Assembly: GCA_963664225.1 (NCBI GenBank)
Contig: OY760937.1
Coordinates: 320,001-384,000, forward strand
DNA: 64,000 nucleotides
DNA from: Verrucomicrobiia bacterium
Lineage (GTDB): Bacteria > Verrucomicrobiota > Verrucomicrobiia > Limisphaerales > UBA1319
Direction: 5' to 3'
Shown: one piece after another, positions 20,259 to 31,800 of the stretch
How the letters are laid out: the number at the start of each line of letters is the position of its first letter
How positions within the stretch are numbered: position 1 is the first letter of the stretch
Made by a program: the position numbers and the translations under genes
The notes under the pieces: generated by a model
What the model was told of the DNA's origin: nothing
What the model saw: only the letters and a program-made list of their open reading frames with translations
The model's database searches: none

Positions 20259-20308
20259 GGAATGGATGATGGATTTGACAATGGATTTGCGAAATATGCG
20301 AAAAAGGG
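20259..20308 (+). repeat. ~50 bp dispersed direct repeat, copy 2
   Basis: Matches 16900-16950. Confidence 0.85.
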
Positions 20309-20407
20309 CGGGGTCTCACGCGAAGGCGCGAAGAGAAAAGTGATTGTTAATATGGATAAACAACTTGGGACTTCCTGAGAGTGGGGCTTGGGCGTAGGCT
20401 GTCAGGC

Positions 20408-21268
20408 ATGGCCATCATTGGCAAACGCAATATTTTGACGGTTGTCCGGGATTCGACTCCGGGCATCTATCTGGACGACGGTGAGAATGGGGAGATTCTC
20501 CTGCCCAATCGCTATGTGCCGCGCGGGCTGGGAAGGGGCGACCGGATCGAGGTGTTCGTTTACCGCGATTCGGAGGATCGATTGGTGGCGACGACTGAAA
20601 CACCCCTCGCTGAGGTGGGGGAGGTGGCCACGTTGAAGGTGATCAGTGTCAACCGACAGGTGGGCGCTTTTCTGGACTGGGGGCTGGCCAAGGATTTGCT
20701 GCTGCCTTTCCGGGAGCAGACCGGTCCGGTGCGCGTGGGTCAGGAGGTGCTGGTGCGGGTTTACGTGGACGAAAACACCCATCGCATTGTGGCCACGATG
20801 AAGCTGGACAAGTATTCAAAGATCGAGCCGCCCTGTTACCGGACCGGTGAGCGGGTGGAGTTTGTGATCGGTGAGAAGACGCCGTTGGGCTACAAGGTCG
20901 TGGTGGAAGGTCTGCATTCCGGGATGCTCTACAACGATGGCATTCATGTTCCGGTGAAGATCGGGCAGAAACTCAAGGGTTTTGTGCGGGCGATCCGGCC
21001 CGACGGTAAAATTGATTTGAGTCTCGACCAGGCGGGTTATCAGCGCGTCGTGCCGCTGGCCCTGCGAATTGTTCAGGCGCTCGAACGGGGCGGAGGCAAG
21101 CTGGGCTTCGACGACGACAGCGCGCCTGATGATATTCGGAAGGAATTTGGCGCGAGCAAGAAGGCCTTCAAACAAGCCCTGGGCACGCTTTACAAAACCC
21201 GGCGCATCCGTTTTACAAATCCGGGCATCGAGTTGCTGGATAATACGACCTGGTCGCCGGGGAGTTAG
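20408..21268 (+). CDS. CvfB-family S1 RNA-binding protein
   Basis: FVYRDSEDRLVATT, GAFLDWGLAKDLLLP, SKKAFKQALGTLYK. Confidence 0.9.
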   Translation: MAIIGKRNILTVVRDSTPGIYLDDGENGEILLPNRYVPRGLGRGDRIEVFVYRDSEDRLVATTETPLAEVGEVATLKVISVNRQVGAFLDWGLAKDLLLPFREQTGPVRVGQEVLVRVYVDENTHRIVATMKLDKYSKIEPPCYRTGERVEFVIGEKTPLGYKVVVEGLHSGMLYNDGIHVPVKIGQKLKGFVRAIRPDGKIDLSLDQAGYQRVVPLALRIVQALERGGGKLGFDDDSAPDDIRKEFGASKKAFKQALGTLYKTRRIRFTNPGIELLDNTTWSPGS

Positions 21269-21294
21269 CCAGGCGACCACATGTCGGCCGAAAA

Positions 21295-22527
21295 TTACGG
21301 TTTGGCGCCGATGCAGTAAAGGTTGGCGAAGGTTCGCAGGAAGATCTGGCCGTCGCAGATCGCAGGAGAGGCGAAGGTTTTTTCGCCAAGTTCGTTGCGG
21401 GCAGCCAATTCGAATTTGGGCCCCGCCTTGACGACGGTCATCACGCCTTCGTCGTTCAGGAAATAGACCAAGCCATTGGCGACGACCGGCGAGGCGTGAT
21501 AAGCGCCTGTTTTTTCCTTCCACAGGAGATTGCCCGTCGCGGCGTCGAGACAGCAGGTGTCCCGGCCTGAGAAACTGCAGGTGAAGAACCAATCGCCGAC
21601 GCTGATGGGAGAGGGGACGTAGGGGGCGTTGGGTTCGTTTTTCCACGCAACTTTGGTGGCGGTGATGTCGCCTTCGCCGTCCGGTTTGATGGCGACGAGG
21701 ACTTTCTTGGGCCAACTGCTGCTGGTCAGGACCAGGCCGGTTTTTTCGTTATAGGCGGCTGTGACGACGGAGTCTTCCGAATGACCTTTGAACACCCACA
21801 GCTTGCGGCCGGTTTTGGGATCGTAGCTGGTCACCGTTTGATTGCCCGCAACGACCATTTGCATGCGTCCGGCCATTTCGCGGATCAGCGGGGGGCTGTA
21901 GCTCTGGGTGGGATTTTCCGCCTGGACCTTCCAGGCCACTTTCCCATCCGCCTGGTTCAGCGCGACGATGAAGTTTTCGCCCTTGCTGTAGCAGACGATG
22001 ATGACCTTGTCCTCGAACAGGGTGGGTGTGTGGCTGAAACCGTGCTGGCTGTAGAAGAGGCCGGGACGCGCCTGCCAGACCTGTTTACCGGAAAAATCGT
22101 TCGCGGTCACGACGACATTGGAGACGTCCAGGAATGTCGTATAAAGCAATTTGCCATCGGTGGCCACGCTGGAGGATGCGTAGCTGTTTTCCGAATTTTT
22201 GGCTTCCAGCGGGGCTTTCAACACGGTTTGCTGCCAGAGCAACTTGCCGCTCTTGCGGTCAAAGCTTAACAAAGCGCGCTCCTGGGTTTCTTTGAAGGCG
22301 GTGGTCAGGAAAATGCGGTCGTCCCAGATGATCGGGGAGGAATGGCCTTCGCCGGGAACGGCGGTTTTCCACACCACATTGCTGGTGGCGCTCCATAGAA
22401 CTGGAGGATTTTTCTCGAGGCTGGTGCCGTCACCGCGCGGTCCGCGCCAGACAGGCCAGTTTTCCGCATGAGCGAATGCAGCCGAGGAGGCGAGCAATCC
22501 TGCAAAAAGTAATTGTCGTAAAATCAT
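21295..22527 (-). CDS. PQQ-binding-like beta-propeller protein
   Basis: Signal peptide, ENWPVWRGP, GHSSPI and repeated blades. Confidence 0.9.
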   Translation of the reverse strand: MILRQLLFAGLLASSAAFAHAENWPVWRGPRGDGTSLEKNPPVLWSATSNVVWKTAVPGEGHSSPIIWDDRIFLTTAFKETQERALLSFDRKSGKLLWQQTVLKAPLEAKNSENSYASSSVATDGKLLYTTFLDVSNVVVTANDFSGKQVWQARPGLFYSQHGFSHTPTLFEDKVIIVCYSKGENFIVALNQADGKVAWKVQAENPTQSYSPPLIREMAGRMQMVVAGNQTVTSYDPKTGRKLWVFKGHSEDSVVTAAYNEKTGLVLTSSSWPKKVLVAIKPDGEGDITATKVAWKNEPNAPYVPSPISVGDWFFTCSFSGRDTCCLDAATGNLLWKEKTGAYHASPVVANGLVYFLNDEGVMTVVKAGPKFELAARNELGEKTFASPAICDGQIFLRTFANLYCIGAKP

Positions 22528-22648
22528 GATGCCAAAGGCTAGACCAAACAGGACGCAACTCAATCCTGAATAACATCAAAACGAATCGGAAATGGGGAAA
22601 CGTATTTCCTTTTCATCGGCTTTCCAATAGGCCAGTTCTAGTGGAGTC

Positions 22649-23545
22649 ATGTTCCGACTGGATCCATTTACCATAGGCGCGATTATAATTTGGATTTTTC
22701 TGGCGGTGCCGCCGGCATTGAAAAGAAAATCCATTGTGTGGTTTTTTGTGGCGCTGGCGATGTCATTCGCGGTGGTGGTGCTTCCGTTATTTGTTTTTTT
22801 CATGAGCGGTTTGCTGAAGCCGGATTGGAAAGGGGGATGTCAATACGGCTGGCTGGATTGCTTTTTCGTGGGCAAGTTCGCCCTCACGCCGATGGTGCTG
22901 TGGGCAACGGCGGCGTTGTATTCGGTGGTGGTCTTGCGCGTTGAGAAACGCACCCGGGCATGGATCGTTTTGGGAATATTCATTGGGGCGGTCACATCGA
23001 CTGTCTGCTTCGTGCATGGAATGATTTATTTTATCTGGCCAAAGGACAGATTCGTGTTGTGGATGCTGGTGCCGCTTTATGTTTCGGTGTGGTATTGGGT
23101 CCGCGCGGTTCAATTGATCAGGGAATCGAAGCTGGGATTGAAAAACTATCTGTGGGCCATGGCGGGCTCGCTTCCGTTTTGGATTGGAAGCGTGTGGTGG
23201 TCCAAACAAACCTATGCTGCGTTGCCGGACGTGGCGCCGGGCTGCTTCATTGTTACTGCGGCCGGTCGCGGTCACAGGAAACTGGTGGGGCCGTTTTTTG
23301 AAATCGAACGCAAAGGCCATTGCCTTCGCGCCAATCGACAACTCATCACGCTCTGGCAGTTTGAAAAACTTTGGCAAAAAAAGTCGCCGCAGAGTCACCG
23401 GAGTTTTCGCCGCATCTACAACCGGTTCGGCCCGATCGTTGCGGCGCAAATCCAATCGCCCTGGCTTGCGGATATTGCCTACATGGCCATCAAACCGGTG
23501 GAACTTGCGGCGAGGATGGTCACCTCGAGTTCCAAGGAACACTGA
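22649..23545 (+). CDS. Multi-pass membrane protein with CFI-box-like C-terminal domain (DUF6688-like)
   Basis: Several TM helices, then GCFIVTAAGRGH...FRRIYNRFGP...KP. Confidence 0.7.
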   Translation: MFRLDPFTIGAIIIWIFLAVPPALKRKSIVWFFVALAMSFAVVVLPLFVFFMSGLLKPDWKGGCQYGWLDCFFVGKFALTPMVLWATAALYSVVVLRVEKRTRAWIVLGIFIGAVTSTVCFVHGMIYFIWPKDRFVLWMLVPLYVSVWYWVRAVQLIRESKLGLKNYLWAMAGSLPFWIGSVWWSKQTYAALPDVAPGCFIVTAAGRGHRKLVGPFFEIERKGHCLRANRQLITLWQFEKLWQKKSPQSHRSFRRIYNRFGPIVAAQIQSPWLADIAYMAIKPVELAARMVTSSSKEH

Positions 23546-23630
23546 GCGGCGTTCAGAATTATCAGCGCAAAAACGTCAACGCGATGCCTTTGCGTTTGAC
23601 TTGAACGCCGGTCCGGCGTAAGTCGAGGGC

Positions 23631-24971
23631 ATGATAAATCCAAACCTTTCGCGTCGTCGGTTTTTAAAGCAAACCGCCATCCTTGCCGGAGCTGTTGCCG
23701 GTTTTCCCTATCTGGCCCGATGCGCCAGTCCCAACAGCATGGTCCAGGTGGCCGTCATTGGCGTTAATGGCCAGGGATTGTCCGATCTGGCCGAGATTGG
23801 ATCGCATCCCAAAGTCAAATTTGTCGGCTTTTGCGACATCGACAAGAACCGGTTTCAGGACGCGGATACGCGGTTTCCCAATGTGCCGCATTATGCGGAT
23901 TACCGTGAAATGCTGGCCACCCTCGGGGACAAGTGCGACGCGGTGCAGGTTTCCACGCCCGATCACACGCACGCGCCTGCGGCGATGACCGCGATGCGGC
24001 TGGGCAAACATGTGTATTGCGAAAAGCCCCTGGCCCACACCGTGTGGGAGGTGCGTCAGATGCGCCTGCTGGCCGAGAAGAAAGGCCTGATCACCCAGAT
24101 GGGTAATCAAATCCATTCGAGGATGGAATATCAATTGGGCGCCTTGCTGATGCGCGAGGGGGCCATTGGCAAGATCAAGGAAGTGCATTCCTACATCGGC
24201 GCGTTTGGCCGCGGTTACGCCAGCCAGACCGAGCGTCCGCCGGAAGCGCCGGTGCCCGCGAATGTGGATTGGAATTTGTGGATCGGATCAGCCCCCATGC
24301 GGCCTTATGCCGCGGATGCCTATCATCCGTTTAAATGGCGCACCTGGCAGGATTTCGGTGGCGGCGGCCTCGGCGATTTCGGCTGTCACGTGATGGACCC
24401 GGTCTTCATGGGCCTGGGAATCACGGCGCCGTCGTCCATCCGTGCCGAACACGCGGGCACCAATCACGAAGTCTGGCCGGGACCCGAAACGGTTTATTAC
24501 ACGTTCCCCGGGACGCAGTATACGGCGGACAAACAAATCGTGGTGACCTGGCGCGACGGTGGTTTGTTGCCGCCGTTGGACCATCCGTTTGTGGCCGGGG
24601 CGCTCAAGCTGCCCAAAGGCTCTGGCGGTTCGCTCATCATCGGCGAAACGGGGGCGATGCTGCTGCCGCATTGGGCCGCGCCGCGTCTCTATCCCGAGAA
24701 CAAGTTCGCCCAGTTTAAATTCCCCGAAGTGGCGAGCCGCAGCCATTATCATGCGTGGATCGATGGCATCCTCGCGAACAAGAAGACCAGCGATGGTTTC
24801 CATTACGCGGGGCCGCTGGCCGAGACGGTCCAACTGGGCAATATCGCCGCGCGCATGCCGGGCAAGGAATTGCAGTGGGACGCCAAGGCTCTTAAAATCA
24901 CGAACTCATCCGAGGCCAACGCGCTGGTGACGAAATCGTACCGCGCCGGGTGGGAAGTGAAGCCGGCGTAA
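23631..24971 (+). CDS. Tat-exported Gfo/Idh/MocA oxidoreductase
   Basis: SRRRFLK, STPDHTH, HVYCEKPL, GDFGCH. Confidence 0.92.
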   Translation: MINPNLSRRRFLKQTAILAGAVAGFPYLARCASPNSMVQVAVIGVNGQGLSDLAEIGSHPKVKFVGFCDIDKNRFQDADTRFPNVPHYADYREMLATLGDKCDAVQVSTPDHTHAPAAMTAMRLGKHVYCEKPLAHTVWEVRQMRLLAEKKGLITQMGNQIHSRMEYQLGALLMREGAIGKIKEVHSYIGAFGRGYASQTERPPEAPVPANVDWNLWIGSAPMRPYAADAYHPFKWRTWQDFGGGGLGDFGCHVMDPVFMGLGITAPSSIRAEHAGTNHEVWPGPETVYYTFPGTQYTADKQIVVTWRDGGLLPPLDHPFVAGALKLPKGSGGSLIIGETGAMLLPHWAAPRLYPENKFAQFKFPEVASRSHYHAWIDGILANKKTSDGFHYAGPLAETVQLGNIAARMPGKELQWDAKALKITNSSEANALVTKSYRAGWEVKPA

Positions 24972-25106
24972 GATTCAGACGGTTTTTTAGAGTTTGCGCG
25001 CGAGCGGCCCAATTCGTCATCGAGTTGGGCCGCTTTCGCATTTGAACCGGAGCGCCAGTCCGGTCAACAACCGCATTCAGTCGAACAAAGCTTCAATTCA
25101 AGGGAA

Positions 25107-25730
25107 TCAGGGTCTTTTGTTATACTGCGGAAAGTGGGCCTTGGAGCAGTCCGGGCAGATGCCGTGGCTGAAATCCGAATTGGTGTGTTCCCGGATGTAG
25201 GATTCGAGCTTCTCCCAGTCGCCTTCGGTATTGCGGATTTTTTTGCAGTAGGAGCAAATTGGAATAAGACCGGACAAGGTCCTTACATTGGCGAGAGCCT
25301 CCTCCAATTCACTATTCCGCTTTTTCAAATCCTGCTGCAATCTCATCAAGGTGATATGGGTTTGAATGCGGGCCAGCAGTTCCTTGGCTCGAAAGGGCTT
25401 GGTGACGAAATCCGCGGCGCCCAAATCGAAACCCTTGACGATATCCTCCGTATCGTTCTTGACGGTCAGGAAGATGATGGGGATGTCCCGGAAGGACGGG
25501 TTTGTCTTGAGCGTTTTGCAAACTTGATAACCGTCCATTTCAGGCATCATGATGTCGAGCAGGATCAAGTCCGGTTGCACTTTTGGAAGCATGTCGAGCA
25601 CAAGTCGGCCCTCGCGGGCAATTGCCACGCGATATTTTGCGTCCATCAGAATGGTTCCAAGTACCTGGACACTGTTCAAGTTGTCTTCAACGATCAGAAT
25701 GGTGGGGGAATTTTTCGGCGAGTCTGTCAT
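25107..25730 (-). CDS. Response regulator with C-terminal Cys-rich domain
   Basis: REC domain (LLDIMMP, KPF); tail IPICSYCKKIR...SHGICPDC. Confidence 0.92.
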   Translation of the reverse strand: MTDSPKNSPTILIVEDNLNSVQVLGTILMDAKYRVAIAREGRLVLDMLPKVQPDLILLDIMMPEMDGYQVCKTLKTNPSFRDIPIIFLTVKNDTEDIVKGFDLGAADFVTKPFRAKELLARIQTHITLMRLQQDLKKRNSELEEALANVRTLSGLIPICSYCKKIRNTEGDWEKLESYIREHTNSDFSHGICPDCSKAHFPQYNKRP

Positions 25731-28492
25731 GGTGTGTGGCCTTTTTCACTGGATTGCCGCCGGCCTGGGCGGAAAAAAAATTTGGGGAATTGCGCCAGGG
25801 TCTGTTCCATGTTGGCCATGTCAAAGTGAATGGCCTCGTTGCGCAGTTTGTCACCCCAGGCCGCCAGTCTTGAAGCTTGGTGCATGCTGGCGACGGCGAT
25901 TGTATTTTCGGCGAATTCGAGCACTTGATTGATAATGACGGTGCGTTGAGCCTCTTTCCACAACGGAGCCAGCTCTGTTTCCAGCCTCCGCTTCAATCCT
26001 TCTGCATCGTGCAAGTCGGTTGGGTCGAATTCGAACAAAGAATCCTCCTGGCCCGGTTTGTTCGGTTGGGATGAGTCTTTCCTGGAATGCTTCAGAAATC
26101 GGGCAAGGACTTTCATCAATTCAGCCCGGCTGATCGGTTTGCTCAGGAAACCCTCACAGGTCGCTGTGATTTGAGCCTCTTCGGATTTCATGGCGGACGC
26201 GGTCACCGCCACGATGGGAATGGAACGTGTTTTGGGATCGTTCTTGAGAATGCGACTGGCTTCCGCGCCATTCATGCCAGGCATCATGATATCCATCAGG
26301 ATCAGGGCCGGCTGCTTATCGCGGGCCAGTGCGACAGCCTCACGTCCATCCATGGCTTCCAGAATCTCGAGCTTGGAACCTTCAAGATAACCTTTGATGA
26401 GTTCTCGGTTCAGGCTGACATCTTCCGCCACAAGGACGGAGGCAGGTTCAAATACGATTGTGGCACGGTTGTCTGGAGATTCCTGGCTGGTAACTTCTCC
26501 CTGGGCTGTCTCTTCGACATCCCGAAAGGTGACGCTAAAGACGGAACCTTTTCCCAGCTCACTTTCCACGGTGATTGTTCCGCACATCAGTTCGGCCAGA
26601 TGTTTGCTGATGGCAAGGCCCAGTCCGGCGCTTCCCTGTTTGGCGAGGTTTTGGCCTTTTTTTCGGTCAAAGCCCTTAAAAATGGCATCCAACTGGTCGC
26701 CCGGGATGCCCACACCCGAATCATGCACTTCAAAGACAAGTGTGCGTCGTGCGTCCGGGGACAAGGGCAGGGCCCGCGCCACAACCCGCACAAAGCCGTG
26801 GTCAGTGAATTTAACCGCATTGCCCACCAGATTGAGCAGAATCTGACGCAGGCGCGTTTCATCCAGAAACACCGATGTTGGAAATCCATCCTCGATTTCC
26901 GTAAAATAAGTCAGCTTTTTCTCATCAATCTTTCGGACAAAGATCCTCTCCAATTCCTTGAGAACACTGCCGGGATTGATTGTGGAATATTCCAACTGCA
27001 GATTGCCAGCCTCCACCTTGCTCAAATCCAGACCGTCGTTGATCATGGCGAGGAGGGATTTGGCGCTGGAGTGAATCGCGTGAATATACTGCTGGTGCCG
27101 GGGTTCCTGAATCTGATTTTCCAGAATCTCCGAGAAGCCAAGAATGGCATTCATCGGGGTGGGAATGTCATGCGACATGATCGATAGAAATTCACTCCTC
27201 GCCTGATTGGCCGCCCGGGCTGCCTCCTCAGCCTTCTGACGCGCTCTGACTGCGGTATCAAGTTCATTTGTGCGCTCCTGAATGCGATGTTCCAGTTCAT
27301 CGCTCTTCAGTTTCAGAGCGCGCGCGTTGCTTTTAATGGCATCAAGCATGGAATTAAAGGCCTGGATCAAGTCGCCAAATTCATCCTTCCGCAACGCCAT
27401 GGCGCGAACGGAATAGTCCCCCGCAGCGATGGATCGCGCCGTGGCTGTGAGTTGGCTCAAAGGCGTGAGGATCGTATGATTGATCAGCAGGGTGAGGGTC
27501 ACCATCAGGACGCCCAGGGCCAAAAGGATCAGCAGGCCCAGGGGTGCAAACCTGGCCATCTGGCTTGCCTTGGACAGGTCGATCAACGAAACCAGATACC
27601 AATCGATCTCCGGCAGATAGGCCACGGATACCTGGCGGCGCCTGCCTTCGATCACGAATGAAAGTGCGGCCACAGAGTCCGGGGATGACTTGAGCGAAAC
27701 AAACGCTTTGCGCAAATCTTCACGGTCTCGTTCATTGGGCATCAAACGGTATATTGTGCTCCGGTCCTCGACCTTCTTTGAAAGGGTGTTCTGATCGATC
27801 AGATTGGTATTCGAGTGGGCGAGGATGGCTCCCGTGGAATCGACCAGGATCGGGGTGGCGGATTTGTTTTGCGAATTCACCAACCGGTCGATGAACGTTT
27901 TTAGACTCAGTCCGCTACCCGCCACGGCAACCGGCTCATTGCCGATGCGCATCACTGTGTTGATCCAGACCATCGATTTGCCGGGCACCACGTTTTGGTC
28001 CAGGCTTGCGAGAGGCCGGTCTTTTTTCTTGAGGGCGGAATAGAACCAGGCATCCCGGGCACCTTGAGGGCTCAAGGTGTATGCCGGTCGATCTCCATTG
28101 GTCCCGGTCGAGTCGTCGCGGAAATAATAGTTGCCCGAAGTTCGAATCGCGAAAAAGTAACTTTTGTCGCTGAACTCCTTGCGAAAGCTTTCCAACTCCC
28201 GCAAGGCAGCGGCTTTCAACGCCGGATTGTTCTCGTCCTGGACCCAATCGGTGAGGACGGGGTTCTTCGTTAAAGCCTCACAAAGAGCTGCTTCACGTTC
28301 CAGAGGCGCGAGAATACGCCCTTTTTCCCGCAGGGTAATTTGTTCCGCAAAATCGGAGCCGATATCACTGAGCATCCGGCTCAAAGTGAGATAAAACAAC
28401 CCGGCGCCCAGAACGCAGATGGAAATGGCCAACACCGCAGTCCATCCGATAAACTTGGCTCGAATTCTCTCGCTATGGCCGTCGAACTTCAT
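25727..28492 (-). CDS. Hybrid sensor histidine kinase (periplasmic sensor, HAMP, HisKA, HATPase, REC)
   Basis: Two TM helices, HAMP DEFGDL, SHDIPTPMN, NAVKFT, DSGVGI, GLGLAI, LMDIMMP. Confidence 0.92.
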   Translation of the reverse strand: MKFDGHSERIRAKFIGWTAVLAISICVLGAGLFYLTLSRMLSDIGSDFAEQITLREKGRILAPLEREAALCEALTKNPVLTDWVQDENNPALKAAALRELESFRKEFSDKSYFFAIRTSGNYYFRDDSTGTNGDRPAYTLSPQGARDAWFYSALKKKDRPLASLDQNVVPGKSMVWINTVMRIGNEPVAVAGSGLSLKTFIDRLVNSQNKSATPILVDSTGAILAHSNTNLIDQNTLSKKVEDRSTIYRLMPNERDREDLRKAFVSLKSSPDSVAALSFVIEGRRRQVSVAYLPEIDWYLVSLIDLSKASQMARFAPLGLLILLALGVLMVTLTLLINHTILTPLSQLTATARSIAAGDYSVRAMALRKDEFGDLIQAFNSMLDAIKSNARALKLKSDELEHRIQERTNELDTAVRARQKAEEAARAANQARSEFLSIMSHDIPTPMNAILGFSEILENQIQEPRHQQYIHAIHSSAKSLLAMINDGLDLSKVEAGNLQLEYSTINPGSVLKELERIFVRKIDEKKLTYFTEIEDGFPTSVFLDETRLRQILLNLVGNAVKFTDHGFVRVVARALPLSPDARRTLVFEVHDSGVGIPGDQLDAIFKGFDRKKGQNLAKQGSAGLGLAISKHLAELMCGTITVESELGKGSVFSVTFRDVEETAQGEVTSQESPDNRATIVFEPASVLVAEDVSLNRELIKGYLEGSKLEILEAMDGREAVALARDKQPALILMDIMMPGMNGAEASRILKNDPKTRSIPIVAVTASAMKSEEAQITATCEGFLSKPISRAELMKVLARFLKHSRKDSSQPNKPGQEDSLFEFDPTDLHDAEGLKRRLETELAPLWKEAQRTVIINQVLEFAENTIAVASMHQASRLAAWGDKLRNEAIHFDMANMEQTLAQFPKFFFRPGRRQSSEKGHTP

Positions 28493-28897
28493 TTCAGAAA
28501 CCTGCAGATAAGAAAATACCAGCCGCCAAAGCTTGGGTTGGTGCGTCTGAAATGGTTATCAATGGATGTGCGCGTTTAATTGCTGGGAATCGCCGCACAT
28601 TCATCAACGCATGAAAGCATTGTCCCAATTTAACCATGATTCAATTTGTAACTCTCTATATCCAAGGTCATTAAATGTATTCTAGGTTTTCCCAATTGCC
28701 ATTGCAGGCATTTTAAATTTTCTTCCGCATTTCAATTCGTGCCGCAGTGTTACCGGAGGAATCAAAAACAGCAAGTCTGAGATGGAAGGCGTCAGACAAA
28801 AGCGACCTGCATCGCATTTGACCGGTGCCGATGGGGTCGGGCATACTCGGTGGCATTTAATGAGAGACGGCATCCATAGAGACGGCAGGCGGACGCA

Positions 28898-31800
28898 ATG
28901 AGCGCGGTGGAATTAACCGACGCGTTCCTGGCAAAAATAGCAGGCTGGGAGGCCATGAAACGGGCACGCGCGTTGCTGGAATCGGGCAAGGTGCTCAGTT
29001 CGAATTGGACGCCACCCATCCTGAGGGGCGTGGTGCAGGAGGGCAGCATTTCCTACCGCGCCGGGCTGGCCATCAAGGACGCAATCGATCTGGAAAACAT
29101 GTGCGGCTGCCGGGAGTCGCGTCAGTGGGGAACGATCTGCGCGCATTCGGTGGCGGTGGGGCTGCATCACTTGCACCGCAACGATCCGGTTCCAGACAAG
29201 GGCCTGGCCACGGCGGTGACGTCCACCCTGTTGAAAGGCCCCACTGCGACAGTCGGGATGCCTGCGCGCACAGGGGAGCGAATTGGTCGGCGTTTGCGGC
29301 GCGTGAAGAGCGGTGGCGAGCCGTTGGAAATCTCAGTCATACTGCCGCCCAATCTTGCGCAGGCGATGGCCAAAGGGGTCATCATGGTCTGTTTCGAGGG
29401 GGCATGGAGGCGAGGGCGGGGACCGCTGAACGGCCTGGATCGCAATGCGAGTTTCGAGTTGGATGCCAAGGACGAGGCTCTGCTTGCTTACATCGAAGAA
29501 GCGGCCGGGGAGGTTCCAGGGCTCATGCAGTTGCGGGGGGAGGCCTTTGGAACGTTGCTCAAACATTTGGTGGGCCATTCACGGGTCACGCTGGGAAAAG
29601 CGCGGTCGTTGCAGGTTTCGAATGAGCCCTGGTTTCCACCACTGCAGGCGCAGTTGCAGACCAATGGGGAGATACGTCTCCAATGGCGCGGTGCATCATC
29701 CGGCGCCGCCGTGGTGATGGCGGGGGAGCGTCAGGGATGGGTGTTGCAGGGGGATGTCGTGGAGCCGATTGGTCTGCCAGAACGTTATTTGGGATTATTG
29801 CGTGCGCCGTTGACGCTGACCCGCGCGCAGGTGCCCTATTTTCTGGGTCAGGATTGGCCGATCTTCCTGCAGAGCGGGAAGGTGGAGGCGAATTTCAAAC
29901 TCGAGGATTTCTCGTTCGCTCCAGAAGCGCCGCGGTTCATATTGTCGCTGGAAGGGGGATTGGCGCAACTGGGCGCGTTGCTTCAATGCAGGTATGGACA
30001 GCGCATCATGACGCTGGGGCTGACGAGTGCGGACGAGACATTGTGGCTGCAGGATCCATCCTCGCCCACGCGTTATTCGACGCGGGATCTGACGGCGGAA
30101 CAGGCGGCACAGGCCCGGCTGGCGCGGTCTGGTTTTGCGCGACCGGATCCGCAGGATGTCAAGGGCCGCTGGCGTCTGACAGGCCAGGATGCGGTGCTGA
30201 CTTTCTTTGCGCGGGAATATCCACGGCTGCAGGCGATCTGGGAGGTGACGCTGGAGGAGCGCCTGGGGCAAAGCGCGGCGCGGAATATCGAGCGGATCGA
30301 ACCGGAGATGGAAATCATTTCATCCGGGGAAAACTGGTTTGAAATGCGGTTGGATTACAAGTCGTCCTCGGGTGGCACATTTTCGCCAGCGGAGATCCAG
30401 CGGCTGCTGCTGTCGGGTCAGAGTCATCGGCGGCTGGCCAACGGGAAGTTTGCGATCATCGACACCGGCGCGGTGGAGGAATTGCAGGAAGTCTTGGTGG
30501 ACTGCGCGCCGGAGCAGAATTCCGGGGCCTACCGTTTTTCAAGCGCGCATGCGGGTTTTCTCACATCGACCCTGCGCGAGCAGACGGGCTGGGAATTGAA
30601 AGCGCCGGAAGCGTGGAAGAAGCGTTTTCAACCGGGCGGAGGAGCCGCGGGAGTCTGTCCGGCGCTGGGGGAATTGGAAACGACCCTCCGGCCGTATCAA
30701 AAGAACGGTGTGGCGTGGCTCGATTTTCTGCAACGCAACGGCTTTGGCGGGATTCTTGCGGACGAAATGGGTCTGGGAAAAACGGTGCAAATGCTCGCGT
30801 TCTTAAAAACCATGGCCGGGGAAGCGCGTGGCCCGTCGATCATCGTGTGTCCCACCAGCTTGGTCTTTAACTGGGTTGCGGAGGTGAAAAAATTCACACC
30901 CAGCCTGCGCGTGCTGGCCATCGAAGGACCGAACCGGCGACCGCTTTTCAAGGAGATCGCAAATCACGATCTGATCGTCACCAGCTACGCATTGATCCGG
31001 CGGGATGCGGAACATTACAAGGGGCTGGAATTCGAGGCGGCCGTGTTGGACGAGGCCCAGCACATCAAAAACCGGCAGACTCAAAACGCCCAGGCGGTCA
31101 AAGCGATCCGGGCCAGACGCCGTTTTGTGCTCACGGGAACGCCGATGGAAAACTCCGTTCTGGATTTGTGGTCGATCTTCGATTTTCTGATGCCCGGTTA
31201 TCTGGGGCAGGCAAAGGACTTTCGGGAGCGTTACGAATGGCCCATTGCGCGCGACAAAAGCGCGGCGGCCCAGGCGCGTCTGGCCCGGCGCATCCGGCCA
31301 TTCATCCTGCGGCGTTTGAAAAAGGACGTTCTGCAGGACTTGCCCGAAAAAATGGAGCAGGTCAGCTACTGCGATCTAACCGCGGCCCAGGGCGAACTCT
31401 ATCAGAAGGTGCTTGAGGCGGGTCGGCGTGAAATCACCGAAGCCGTCGGCGCCAACGGCCTGGCGAAAAGCCGGATGCTGGTGTTTACGACGCTGTTGCG
31501 GCTGCGGCAGATTTGCTGCGATCCGCGCCTGCTCAAGCTTGAAGGGATGGATCCAAAAACCACCTCGGGCAAAACGGAGATGTTCGGCGAGTTGCTGGAG
31601 GAGGTTCTGGACGGCGGCCATCGCACGCTGGTCTTCAGCCAGTTTACCAGCATGTTAAGCCTCATTCGCGAGGCGCTGGACGCGGAGGGTGTTACCTATT
31701 GTTATCTGGATGGATCGACGACGAACCGCGCTGAAGTGGTGAGCCAATTTCAAAATGACGCCACGATTCCCGTGTTTCTGCTCAGCCTCAAGGCGGGCGG

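Noticed and set aside
16900..20400. Integron integrase gene
   Set aside because: No tyrosine-recombinase ORF or recognisable fragment beside either module or elsewhere in the window.
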